Below, piece after piece: positions 1 to 10,554 of a stretch of DNA of 20,000 nucleotides (position 1 is its first letter; each line of letters begins with the position of its first letter). The DNA comes from Chiloscyllium plagiosum (Eukaryota). The position numbers and the translations under genes were made by a program. The stretch spans positions 5,490,006 through 5,510,005 of the forward strand of contig NC_057754.1 in the NCBI RefSeq assembly GCF_004010195.1. Direction: 5' to 3'. The notes under the pieces are model-generated. The model worked only from the letters and a program-made list of their open reading frames with translations. It made no database searches and was not told the origin of the DNA.

Positions 1-1760
1 AGAAGACTGGGAAAGCTTTAAAGGTCAACAGAAAGCCGCAAAAAGAGCTATAAAGAAAAGCAAGATAGAACATGAGAAAAAACTGGCACAGAATATAAAG
101 ACAGATAGCAAAACTTTCTATACATATATAAAATGACAAAGAGTGGCTAAAGTCCCTTAGAGAATGAGAAGGGGCATTCAGTTATGGGATATGAGCCAAT
201 GGCTGAGGCATTGAACAGGTATTTTGTATCGGTCTTCACAGTGGAGGCACTAATAACCTGCCAGTAATTGACAAAGAGACAAAGGTAGGTGAGGACCTGG
301 AAACAATCATTATCACAGAAGAGGGAGTGTTGGGCAAAAGCTCATGGAGCTAAGGATAGACAAGTCTCCTGGCCCTGATGGAATGCATCCCAGCACACTA
401 AAAGAGATGGCTAGAGAAATAGCAATTGCACTTGCGGCAATTTTCCAAAATTCGCTGGACTTTGGGACAGTTCCAGCAGATTGGAAAACAGCAAATGTGA
501 TGCCACTGTTTAAAAAGGGCAGTAGACAAAACATGGGGAATTATAGACTGGGTTAGCTTAACTTCTATAGTGGGGAAGATGCTTGAGTCTGTTATCAAGG
601 AAGAAATAGCAAGGCATCGAGATAGAAATTGTCACGTTGGACAGATGTTGCATGGGCTCATGAAGGGCAGGTCACGCTTAACTAATCTTTTTTGTAATTT
701 TATGAAGACATTACAAGCATGGTAGACATGGGGACTCAGTAGATGTGGTGTACCTGGATTTCCAAAAGGCTTTTGACAAGGTGCTGGACAAGAGGCTGCT
801 GCATAAGATAAAGATGCATGGTGTTACGGGTAAAGTATTAGCGTGGACAGATGACTGATTGACGCACAGGAAGCAATCAGTAACTAGTGGTGTGCCTCAG
901 GGATCAGTGTTGGGACCGGAAATATTCACAATTTACACAGATTGTTTGGAGTTGGGGACCACGTGTAGTATGTCGAAGTTTGCAGATGGCACTAAGATGA
1001 GTGGCAGGGCAAAGTGTGCAGAGGACTGCGAAATTTTGCAGAGGAACATAGATACTTTAAGTGAGTGGGCAAAGGTTTAGCAGATAGAATACATTATTAA
1101 CAAATGTGAAGTCATCCATTTTGGTAGGAATAGCACTAAAAAGGACTATTACTTGAATAATAAAAAGTTGCAGCATGCTGCAGTGCAGAGGGGCCTGGGT
1201 GGCCTTGTGCATGAATCACAGAAGGTTGGTCTGGAGGTACAACAGGTAATTAGGGGCGCAAATGGAATTTTGTCCTATATTGCTAAAGGGCTTGAGTTTA
1301 AAGGCAGGGAGGTTATGTTGTAGCTGTACAGGGTGCTAATGAGGCCACACCTGGAGGACTGTGGACAGTTTTGTTCTCCTTACTTGAGAAAGGATGTACT
1401 GGCACTAGTGGGGGTGCAGAGGAGGTTCCCCAGGTCGATTCGTGAAGCTAGGACAAGAGGGCACAGCCTCAAGATTAGGAGGAGCAGATCTAGGGCTGAA
1501 TTGGGAAGGAACGTCTTCACCCAGAGGGTTGTGAATCTGTGGAATTCCTTGCCCAGTGAAGTAGTTGATGCTACTTCAGCAAATATTTTTAAAACTAAGA
1601 TAGATTTTTTTTAACACTAAAGGAATTAAGGGTTAGGGTGAGAGGGTGGGTAAGTGGAGCTGAGGCCATGAAAGGATAAGCCCTGATCGCGCTGAACGGT
1701 GGAGCAGGCTCAAGGGGCCAGACGGCCTACTCCTGCTCCTAGCTCTCATGCTCTTATGTT
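1..1760 (+). mobile_element. Decayed CR1-clade LINE, ORF2 RT region through 3' tail
   Basis: Translated pieces DKSPGPDGMHP, DWKTANVMPLFKKG, VYLDFQKAFDKV, SGVPQGSVLGP, SKFADGTK, RTRGHSLKI. It has stops, frameshifts and two internal deletions. The 3' tail is ggcctactcctgctcctagctctcatgctcttatgtt. Confidence 0.95.
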
Positions 1761-1764
1761 CCAG

Positions 1765-2170
1765 TATACAGTGAAAATTATTGTTTTGGGTGCTATCCTA
1801 CCTTACATAATTACATCAGGGCAATGGAACAGAATGCAGTAAATAGTGTTACAGCTCCAGTGAAGGTGCAGAGAAAGAACAATTCTCATATAGGAGAGGT
1901 CCATTCAGAAGTCTGATAACAGCGGAGAAGAAGCTGTTTATGAACCTGTTGGTACGTGCTTTCAAACATTTGTACCTTCTGCCCGACAGAAGAGAGTGGC
2001 AGAGATTATAACTGGGGGGCGAGGGGTCTTTGATGACGTCAGCTGCCTTCCCGAGGCATTGGGAAGTGTAGATGGGGTCAGTGGAAGGAAAGGTGGTCTT
2101 CGTGATGGACTGGGCTATCTTCACAACTCTCTGTAGTTTCTTGCGGTCTCGGGCAGAGCAGTTGCCAAAT
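1765..2170 (-). mobile_element. Rex1/Babar-like LINE 3' fragment
   Basis: Minus ORF reads IYTSQCLGKAADVIKDPSPP...LLSGRRYKCLKARTNRFINSFFSAVIRLLN, resembling the Rex1/Babar ORF2 C-terminus. A related copy lies at 15658-15977. Confidence 0.8.
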
Positions 2171-2446
2171 CATGCATCTGGATCGATGAGATGTCCTTTG
2201 TGTGGCTTATCTGTTTATGATAGAAGACAGAGGATAATGGTAGAGGGTTGCTTTTCAGACTGCAGGCCTACGATCAGAGATGTTCCTCAGGGAACAGTAC
2301 TGAGTCCACTTTTGATTGTCATTTATATAAATGATTTGGATGAGAATATAGGAGGTATGGTTAGTAAGATTTCAGATGATACTAAGATTGGTGGTGTAGT
2401 AGATAATGAAGAAGGTTATCTAATGTTACAAAGAGATCTTGATCAA

Positions 2447-3151
2447 CCTTGGAGTGCAGGTTCATAGCTCCTTGAAAGTGGAGTCGCAGGTAGATAGGAT
2501 AGTGAAGAAAGCGTTTGGTATGCTTTCCTTTATCGGTCAGAGTACTGAGTACAGGTGTTGGGAGGTCATATTGCGGCTGTACAGGACATTGGTTAGGCCA
2601 CTGTTGGAATATTGCGTGCAATTCTGATCTCCTTCCTATCAGAAAGATGTTGTGAAACTTGAAAGGGTTCAGAAAAGATTTACAAGGATGTTGCCAGGTT
2701 TGGAGGGTTTGAGCTACAGGGAGAGACTGAATAGGCTGGGGCTGTTTTCCCTGGTGCGTCGGAGGCTGAGGGGTGACCTTATAGAGCTTTACAAAATTAT
2801 GAGGGGCATTGATAGGGTAAATAGGCAAAGTCTTTTCCCTGGGGTCGGGAAGTCCAGAACTAGAGGGCATAGGTATAGGGTAAGAGGGGAAAAATATAAA
2901 AGAGACCTAAAGGGCAACTTTTTCACACAGAAAGTGGTACATGTATGGAATGAGCTGCCAGAGGAAGTGGTGGAGGATGTTATAATTGCATAATTTAAGA
3001 GGCATTTGGATGGATATATGAATAGGAAGGATTTGGAGGGATATGGACCGGGTGCTGGCAGATGGGACTAGATTGGCTTGGGATATCTGGTCGGCATGGA
3101 TGTGTTGGACCGAAGGGTCTGTTTCCATGCTGTACATCTCTATGACTCTAT
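2447..3151 (+). mobile_element. 5'-truncated CR1 LINE nested in CR1
   Basis: LGVQVHSSLK..LYRTLVRPLLEYCVQF..LERVQKRFTRMLPGL..RTRGH, followed by a complete tail ending ctctatgactctat. Confidence 0.93.
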
Positions 3152-3870
3152 AATTGGGTCAATGGACTGAGGAGTGACAGACGGAGTTTAATTTGGATAA
3201 ATGTGAGGTATTGCATTTTGGTAAAACAAACAAGGAAAGGACTTGTACACTTAATGGTAGAGCCCTGTGTAGTTTTGTTGAACACAGAGACCAGGGGGTT
3301 CAGGTACATAATTCTTTGAAATTTGTTTCACAGGTAGACAGGGTGGTTAAGAAGGCATGTGGCACACTTGTTTTTAACGCTCAAACCTTTGAGTATAGAA
3401 GTTGGGACGTCATGTTGGGGTTGTACAGGACATTGGTGAGGCCTCGTCTGGATCACTGTGTCCAGTTCTGGTCGCCCTATTACGGGAAGGATATTATTAA
3501 ACTGGAGAGGGTTCAGAAGAGATTGACCAGGATGTTGCTGGGAATGGAGGGTTTGGGTTATAAAAATAGACTGGGACATTTTTCACTGAAGGAGGTTGGG
3601 AGGTGACCTTACTGAGGTTTATAAAATCATGAGAGGAATAGATAAGGTGAATGACAAGGCTCTTTTCCCTAGGATAAGGGAGTTCAAAACTAGAGGGCAC
3701 AGTTTTAAGGTGAGAGGAGAAAGATTTTAAAAAGACATTAAGAGGCAACTTTTTTTTACACAGGGAGTGATAATGTGTGGAATGAATTGCCAGAGAAAGT
3801 GATGGATGTAGGTACAGTTACAGCGCTTAAAATACATTTGCACAAGTACATGACTATGTAAAGGCTTAGA

Positions 3871-4172
3871 TTAGATTTGATTACTTAGTGTGGAAACTGG
3901 CCCTTCAGCCGAACAAGTCCACACCAACCCTCAAAGAGCAACCCACCCAGACCCATTCCCCTACACCTGACACTCCGGGCAGTTTAGCATGGCCAATTCA
4001 CCTAACCTGCACATCTTTGGACTGTGGGAGGAAACCGGAGCACCCGGAGGAAACGCACGCAGACACGGGGAGAACGTGCAAACTCCATATAGACAGCTGC
4101 CCGAGGCGGGAATTGAACCCAGGTCGCTGCTGCTGTGAGGCAGCAGTGCTAACCACTGTGCCACCGTGCTGT
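3871..4172 (-). mobile_element. HE1-type V-SINE with a single central unit
   Basis: tRNA-like head with A box TGGCACAGTGG and B box GGTTCAATTCC, V-domain GGAGTTTGCACGTTCTCCCCGTG, (TCTAA)n tail. Flanked by TTAGA at 3866-3870 and 4173-4177. Confidence 0.92.
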
Positions 4173-4204
4173 TTAGAGGGGTATGGGCCAAGCACGGGCA
4201 ATTA

Positions 4205-4400
4205 ACACTCCACTCATACCATTTGTACTTATCCTTCGATACTCTCAATAACCGGGAAATATCTTGTCATTATCGCTCCACCTATAAATTCTGTGCTTAT
4301 GACCTTTCCTCCACTTCACTTGGTGAAGGAACAGCACTCCAAAGCTTCCGAACTTGAATAAACCTGTTGGACTATTACCTGGTGTCGTGTAACTTCTGAA
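4205..4400 (+). mobile_element. Penelope-like element terminal fragment
   Basis: ttggtgaaggaacagcactccaaagc...aataaacctgttggactattacctggtgtcgtg matches the copies at 5103-5187 and 7539-7659. The left boundary is approximate. Confidence 0.65.
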
Positions 4401-4535
4401 AATGTCCTGCAGGGAAGGAAACTGCCACCCTTACCTGGTCTGGCCTTACACGTGACTGCGGACCCATGTGGTTGACTCTGGGCAATTAGGGATGCTGCCT
4501 AGCCAGTGATCCCCTCAACCCATGAATGAATAAAG
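4401..4535 (+). mobile_element. Fragment of a second SINE family (unassigned)
   Basis: aatgtcctgcagggaaggaaactgcc..cttacctggtctggcc..gggcaattagggatg..catgaatgaataaa resembles a recalled shark SINE 3' half. A related minus-strand piece lies at about 15420-15500. Confidence 0.5.
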
Positions 4536-4678
4536 GATAAAAAAAAATGGTCTGCAGAATAGCCTCACAGGTTTGTTTCTTGACACTCCTTCAATTTCAA
4601 GGTCCAGCACATTTGCAAAATATTCCAGTTACTGTGAATACTGTCAAATCCCTGTCAGTATGATTCCTGTTTTAACGG

Positions 4679-4782
4679 TGGGACCTAGTGTGCAACCAGA
4701 AGTCCTTGAAACAGATGGCACAGTCTATCTACATGGCTGGTTTGATGATCGGAGCCCTGGTACTGGGGAGGCTTCCTGACAT
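4679..4782 (+). pseudogene. SLC22 (organic anion transporter, OAT-like) exon 2 homolog with broken splice acceptor
   Basis: 104 nt encoding [34 protein letters not shown] plus AT, then donor GTAAGA. Peptide, length and phase (0 in, 2 out) fit SLC22A6-family exon 2 as I recall it. The acceptor is ttttaacGG rather than AG. Confidence 0.88.
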
Positions 4783-4835
4783 GTAAGAGAAGTTCATTGA
4801 ATGATACAAAGAGTTTATCTTCCAAGACTGAATCC

Positions 4836-5570
4836 AAGGCCACTTCTGCGGTACTGTGTCCAGTTCAGGCCACCCAGTTATAGGAAGGATATTATTGAGC
4901 TGGAGAGGGTTCAGAAGAGATTTACCAGGACGTTGCCAGGTATGGAAGGTGTGACTTCTAAAGGAAGGCTGGATAGGCTGGATTTGGAGATGCCGGTGCT
5001 GGACTGGGGTGTACAAAGTTAAAAATCACACAACACCAGGTTATAGTCCAACAGGTTTAATTGGAAGCACACTAGCTTTCGGAGCGCCGCTCCGACAATC
5101 ACCTGATGAAGGAGCGACGCTCCGGAAGCTAGTGTGCTTCCAATTAAACCTGTTGGACGATAACCTGGTGTTGTGTGATTTTTAACTAGATAGGCTGGGA
5201 CTTTTTTCACTGGAGCCTAGGGGTTTGAGAGGTGACTAGATAGAAATTTATAAAATCATGAGAAGTATACATTGAGTTAATGGAACTGTCTTTACCTCAA
5301 GATGGGGAATATCAAAGCTAGGAGGAGTGGAGAAAGATTTTAGAAAACCATAAGAGACAGATGCTTTATACAGGGGGTGTTTTGCATGTGGAAGTGGTGG
5401 ATGTGGGTACAGTTACAATGTTTAAAAGAAATATTGATGGATACATGAACGGGAAAGGTTTGGAGTTTATGGGCCAGGCAGGTAGGACTGGTTTAGTTTG
5501 GAATTATGTTCAGCATGGACTGGTCGGACTGAAGGGTCTGTTTCTATGCTCAAAGACTTGGAATCATATG
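4836..5570 (+). mobile_element. CR1 LINE 3' fragment interrupted by a palindromic PLE insertion
   Basis: RPLLRYCVQFRPPSYRKDIIELERVQKRFTRTLPGM..LDRL continues after 5188 and ends in a tail gaagggtctgtttctatgc. Confidence 0.9.
4982..5188. mobile_element. Palindromic Penelope-like terminal insertion with 10-bp TSD
   Basis: 77-bp inverted arms at 5017-5093 and 5111-5187 with 3 mismatches. GATAGGCTGG occurs at 4972-4981 and 5189-5198. Contains CTGATGA-A-GGAGC-gac-GCTCC. Confidence 0.85.
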
Positions 5571-5819
5571 AGAAGACAACTTCGATGTTAAGTAAAGATT
5601 ATGCTTGCTAAATGTTTACTGAAGAAAAGAATGTTCAGATTGGTTAGGATGTGTTATAACAATCGATCCTATCCACAAATAAAACGCACGATAGAGGTCT
5701 GGGTGGTAATTGGGGGTATTATGAATTTGGAGCTTCCCTTGGGCTCAGTGCCACAGGTCTAGGTTGTAACTGGAGTTTCAACTGCAGTCCTGAACCACAT
5801 GTAGCAGTGTTTCTTTCAA

Positions 5820-5885
5820 ATTAATTAAATGATTTGGATGAAGGAACTTAAGTTTGTTGATGGCACAAACATAGATCGAAGGGTC
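5820..5885 (+). mobile_element. Small CR1 RT remnant
   Basis: aatgatttggatgaagga..aagtttgttgatggcacaaacata corresponds to NDLDEG..KFVDGT. Confidence 0.5.
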
Positions 5886-6149
5886 GCCAGGTTCGTGGAA
5901 AGGAGTTGGTTGTACAAGGCTATTTTTGCCCAGGTCTTTAAGTGCCTTAATGTTGAACTTTTTGCAGCACTTCTTCTGTTGTCTCCATTGCAGTGGAGAT
6001 ACACTTATGTTGATCCTGGCTCGGATCAGGTGACTGTCCATCCAGCAAGCGTCAGCTCCTATCCCATGGCACGAGTGATTTTAACGTCTGTCTGAACCCT
6101 CGCTCTGACGATGATATAGTCGAGGTTGCCAGTTGCTTGGATCGCGGGT

Positions 6150-6878
6150 GCTGCCGCAGTGCCCCAGTGGTTAGCACTGCTGCCTCCCGACACCAGGAAC
6201 CCAGGTTCAATTCCACCCTCGGGCAACTGACTGTGTGGAGTTTGCACTTTCTCCCCGTGTCTGCATGGGGTTTCTCTGGGTACTCTGGTTTCCTCCCACA
6301 GTCCAAAAATGTACAGGTTAGGGTGGAATGATCATGGGAAATTGCCCCATAATCTCCAAGGATGTGCAGGTTAGGGTGGATTGGCCGTGCTATATTGTCG
6401 CATAGTGCCCAGGGACGTGCAGATAAGGGTGGATTGGCCGTGCTAAATTGCCCCATAGTGCCCAGGGATGTGCAGGTTAGGGTGGGTTGACCGTGCTAAA
6501 TTGCCCCATAGGGCCCAGGGATGTGCAGGTTTGGGTGGATTGGCCATGCTAAATTGACCCATAGTGTCCAGGGATGTTCAGGTTAGGTGGATTGGCCATG
6601 CTAAATTGACCCATAGTGCCCAGGGATGTGCAGGTTAGAGTGGGTTGGCCATGCTAAATTATCCCATAGTGCCCAGGGATGTGCAGGTTTGGGTGGATTG
6701 GCTGTGCCAAATTGTCCCATAGTGTCCAGGGATGTGTAGGTTAGGGTGGATTGGCCGTGCTAAATTGTCCCATAGTGTTAGGTGCATTAGTCAGAGGGAA
6801 ATGAGTCTGGGTGGGTTACTCTTCGGAGGGTCGGTGTGAACATGTTGGGCTGTTTCCACACTGTAGGGAATCTAATCT
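6150..6878 (+). mobile_element. HE1-type V-SINE with internal 53-bp tandem array (9 units)
   Basis: tRNA-like head and V-domain, units starting at about 6308, 6361, 6414, 6467, 6520, 6573, 6625, 6678 and 6731, then a tail gtttccacactgtagggaatctaatct. Confidence 0.92.
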
Positions 6879-6879
6879 C

Positions 6880-7080
6880 ATTCCCTATTCATGTACTTAT
6901 CTAAATGTGTTTTAAACATTATAATTATATACATATCCACCAATTCCTTAAGTTCATTCCATACTCGAACCACCCTCTGTATAAACAACTTGTCCCTCAT
7001 CTCCTTTTTAAATCTCTCCTCTCACCTTAAAAATGTGCCCCCCACGTATTGAAATTCCCCACCCTAGGGAAAAGACACCT
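6880..7080 (-). mobile_element. CR1 LINE 3' fragment
   Basis: The reverse complement matches the cttttccctagg..gggcaca..tttaaggtgagagg..tggaatgaa segment of the CR1 at 3660-3850. Confidence 0.85.
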
Positions 7081-7534
7081 TTTGAGTAAATTGTGTTTTG
7101 TTAACGTCGAGCAGTTTGACCAATCGAATTGCATCTGGAACACAGCATCTGGCATTTACTTTTGAAATAAGAAAAAGTTAAGGTCTTGTTTTGAGGGGTT
7201 CCGGTCTGGTCCATAACAAGAGCCTTAATCTTTTGCCTCGATGGGCACACTAACAATGTCCAAGAGAAGGAAACTAGGTAACGAGAGAGAAGTGACATAT
7301 TTCTGAATCACTGTCTGTTCTGTCATGCTTTTACTTTCAGAGCAAGACAACACGTTGGAAAAGACAAAGAGTTGATGAGGGATGAGATTCCACTGCAGGA
7401 GACAAATGCATCACTGACAAATCAGACTGTTTAAACCAACAAATCTAACTATCATCCAATTCCGAGCAGCAACACAATGGGAGACCCTCTTTACTATATA
7501 TCCAGCTGGACACAGAACACCATGTTGTGTACAA

Positions 7535-7659
7535 CCATCTGATGAAGGAGCAGCACTCTGAAAGCTAGTCCTTCCAAATAAACCTGTTGGACTATAACCT
7601 GGTGTTGTGTGATTTTTAACTTCGTACACCCCAGTCCAACACCGACATTTCCAAATCAT
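7535..7659 (+). mobile_element. Penelope-like terminus with minimal hammerhead-like core
   Basis: CTGATGA-A-GGAG..CTCT-GAAAGCTA followed by the same terminus as 4982-5093 in reverse, ending ccaaatcat. Confidence 0.8.
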
Positions 7660-9381
7660 CCTTTAACTGGGTTTGTCTTTGTATCAGTAGGGATTACAAT
7701 CAAAAGAGATTGGGTTGAAATCATAGACATTAATTAGGTCACTATGTGTATAATTTTACACTGTTAAAGCTAATGTGTTATTAATAAATTACTAATTCTT
7801 TCGTTAAAACTATAAACTTTGTGTCTGGTATAAATCTGGATTTTGGTTATTCAAAAAATCTGGTTTCGAACCACCGGGGACAATTTTGAGGGTCATTGAA
7901 TGTATTAATTTTACTGTGTTGCAAAGACAGGGATAGGGAGGCTTTGATTTGCCTGTCTTCATGTCATAACACTAGTCATTTAGTTTAAGTCAAATGATTT
8001 CTTGGGAAATACTGTTTTGACCCAGTGATAAGAAAGAAACAAGTCACCCTCGTGGAACTGAAAACTAAAAGTCCACTTAATTTTACTTCAGACTTCAAGT
8101 TCCCAAATAATATCGTAAACCTTCATCACAATGTGGTAAGTGAAATTTCTTGCCATGTGTTCCAGAATGCAGTTGCGACAAATGACAATTAACAGAACGT
8201 ACATCATAATTTTCACTGATTGCATGTTAAATAGAATTGTACCATTGTTTATTTATAGATTTCTCTTGTCTATTACAAAGGACAAGTAAAATATATTAAA
8301 CTATTAATCCATCCATCTTCAATCACTCTCACTTTCAACTCAATTACCAATTAGGAATGTGGTATAATTACTACAGGATGCAGCTAACAAGTCAAAAGGA
8401 CATTCTGCCAATCAGATAAATGAGTAATGTGATATATGAATGTAATGCCAGGTCTGTAGACCATGTATCCTGCATGTCCCTGTAGCAGTTTGCGACAAGG
8501 GAAGATACTAACCATATCAAATTCTAAAAATAAATAGTTTAAATGTCATATAAAACATTTTTGTAACCTTTGATAAAGGTGTCTTTGTTGGTTCAAGAAT
8601 ACCATATAAAACATCTGTAAGGAAATAAAACATACTGTGTGCTTTAGTCAATAGAATAAACCTGCTAACAATGTCCTTCAGATAATTTGTTCCTCTCACA
8701 CTGCAGATATAAATACTGAAAACCACTAGCAATATGCATAACAGTGTCTAACATTAGATGTGATCCTGCCATTGGACATTTGTTGGATAATCATGAATGT
8801 GCAAGGAATTACTCTGACAACCAACTTAGGATTGTCAGTCAGGCTCTCAGTGTGATGCACCTGCTTGTATCGGAAGCTACATGTATTAATGTGTATATTC
8901 TGGAACCATAAGTCAATGCTATGATTGGTGTGTCATTACCGGTTTGGGTCTGCCACATACATTGGGAGGCAGCAGCCCTTCCTTCAGTCAGACCCCAGTG
9001 CCTTTACATGAAAAGTACACGTGCACGTGCGTTTACTCAGGCCTTGGGAAAGTGACATAGGGAAAGGGCTCAACTCAAATCTCCCAAGCCAACAATAAAA
9101 ATCCAGTCTAATGTCTTGATCAGTGTCTTCTTCCTCACACATGCCCGTAGTTTGCTCTTCTGGTATGATCCTTTCTGGAGGATCATTATGTCCAGTATCA
9201 GAGCAATATGTTCTTGTTTCCATTCCTTCAGCTGGTGTGTTTGTTCACTAGGCCTTCCTCTGCCAAACCCTGGTGCCCAGCTGATGCCAGGAGCCTGACT
9301 CCCCTTTTCACAGAACCAGTGAAGCCCTACAGTGAAGAAGCAGCCATCCCGAGTAAGGCAAAGGAACTCTGGACTGACAGG

Positions 9382-9737
9382 GAATCATAGAATCAGTTTA
9401 TAATCATAGAATCCCTACAGTGTGGAAACACGCCCTTCAGCCTAATAAGTCCACAGTGACCCTCCAAAGAGTGTTTTACCCAAAACCATCCCCCTACCCT
9501 ATTACTCCACATTTACCCCGGACTAATGCACTTAACATACACATCCCTGGGCACTATGGGGCAATTTACCACGGCCAATCCACCCTAACCTGCAAATTTT
9601 TGGATTGTGGGAGAAAATCCACTCAGTCACGGGGAGAATGTGCAAACTCCACACAGACAGTCACCTGAGGGTGGGATTGAACCCGGGTCCCTGCGTTGTG
9701 AGGCAGCAGTGCTAACCACTGAGCCACTGTGCCACCC
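9382..9737 (-). mobile_element. HE1-type V-SINE (about 2 central units)
   Basis: Head gggtggcacagtggctcagtggttagc, B box GGTTCAATCCC, tail ctgtagggattctatgatt. Confidence 0.9.
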
Positions 9738-9825
9738 AGGAAATCAAAAATCAAGGCAATAAACCCTTCTGTTTCATCCAGGGCCCTGAACGTGGAGAGT
9801 TTCCGAATACATCTGCCCCAGCTCT

Positions 9826-10293
9826 TCAACACAGCTGCCTCGCAGCACCAAGGACCCAGGTGTGACTCCACCCTCAGGCAATCGTCTGTGTGGAGTTTGC
9901 ACGCTCCCCCCGTGTCTGTATGGGTTTCCTCCGAGTGCTCCAGTTTCCTCCCACAGCACAAAAAGATATGCAGCTTAGGGTGGATTGGCTGTGCTAGATT
10001 GTCCCATAGTGTCCAGGGATGTGCAGGTTAGGGTGGATTGGCTGTGCTAGATTGTCCCATAGTGTCCAGGGATGTGTAGGTTAGGGTAGATTGGCCGTGC
10101 TAAATTGTCCCATAGTGCCCAGGGATGTGCAGGTTAGGGTGGATTGGCCGTGCTAAATTACCCATAATGCCCAGGGATGTGCAGATTAGGGTGGATTGGC
10201 CATGGGAAATGCAGGGGTACAGGGTGGGTCTGGGTGGGATGCTCGTCAGAGGGTCGGTGAATGGCCTGCTCCCACGCTGTGCGGATTCTACGA
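9826..10293 (+). mobile_element. HE1-type V-SINE with about five 53-bp units; 5' end eroded
   Basis: V-domain at about 9890-9955, units at about 9966, 10018, 10071, 10124 and 10177, tail ggattctacga. Confidence 0.9.
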
Positions 10294-10554
10294 ACATTCT
10301 ATTTGTAAATTATTTTTCATAAACATATTTCCCGCTGCTCTATTCAGGATTAATAACTTATTCCGAATTCTCTTCTGGAAGCTTCTGGAAGCGGCAAAAA
10401 CGGAGTGAAGACGATCCACGCAAATTAAGAACATCTCCGGTTTAATCTTAGTCTAACTGGGACTAAAGCAAAGATACTGCTAATGGCCTCAACTCCTTGA
10501 ACTAATGAGAATATCATAATTGCGCGTTATAGGCAGGATCACGGTCAGTCCTAA

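Larger units (their letters stand above)
2200..4203 (+). mobile_element. CR1 LINE (outer), interrupted by a second CR1 (2447-3151) and a SINE (3871-4172)
   Basis: VPQGTVLSPLLIVIYINDLDE..SKISDDTKIGG..LQRDLDQ stops at 2446 and resumes at 3154 as LGQWTEE*QTEFNLDKCEVLHFG. The 3' part resumes after the SINE at 4173. Confidence 0.92.

Noticed and set aside
344..3606. Functional reverse transcriptase gene
   Set aside because: All RT-like ORFs are short pieces broken by stops, frameshifts, deletions and insertions.
4573..4779. 68-aa ORF as a gene
   Set aside because: It is an alternative frame over the SLC22 exon with no recognisable motif.
6300..6780. Interstitial telomere
   Set aside because: TTAGGG occurs only once per 53-bp unit and never in tandem.
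7081..7971. Solo LTR
   Set aside because: It ends in ..tcataaca and has an AATAAA, but I found no convincing 5' end, TSD or second copy.
8984..9390. Short overlapping ORFs as further SLC22 exons
   Set aside because: No SLC22 motifs (GRR/K, VEW, PESARW, ELYPT, LPET) and no convincing splice-site pairs.
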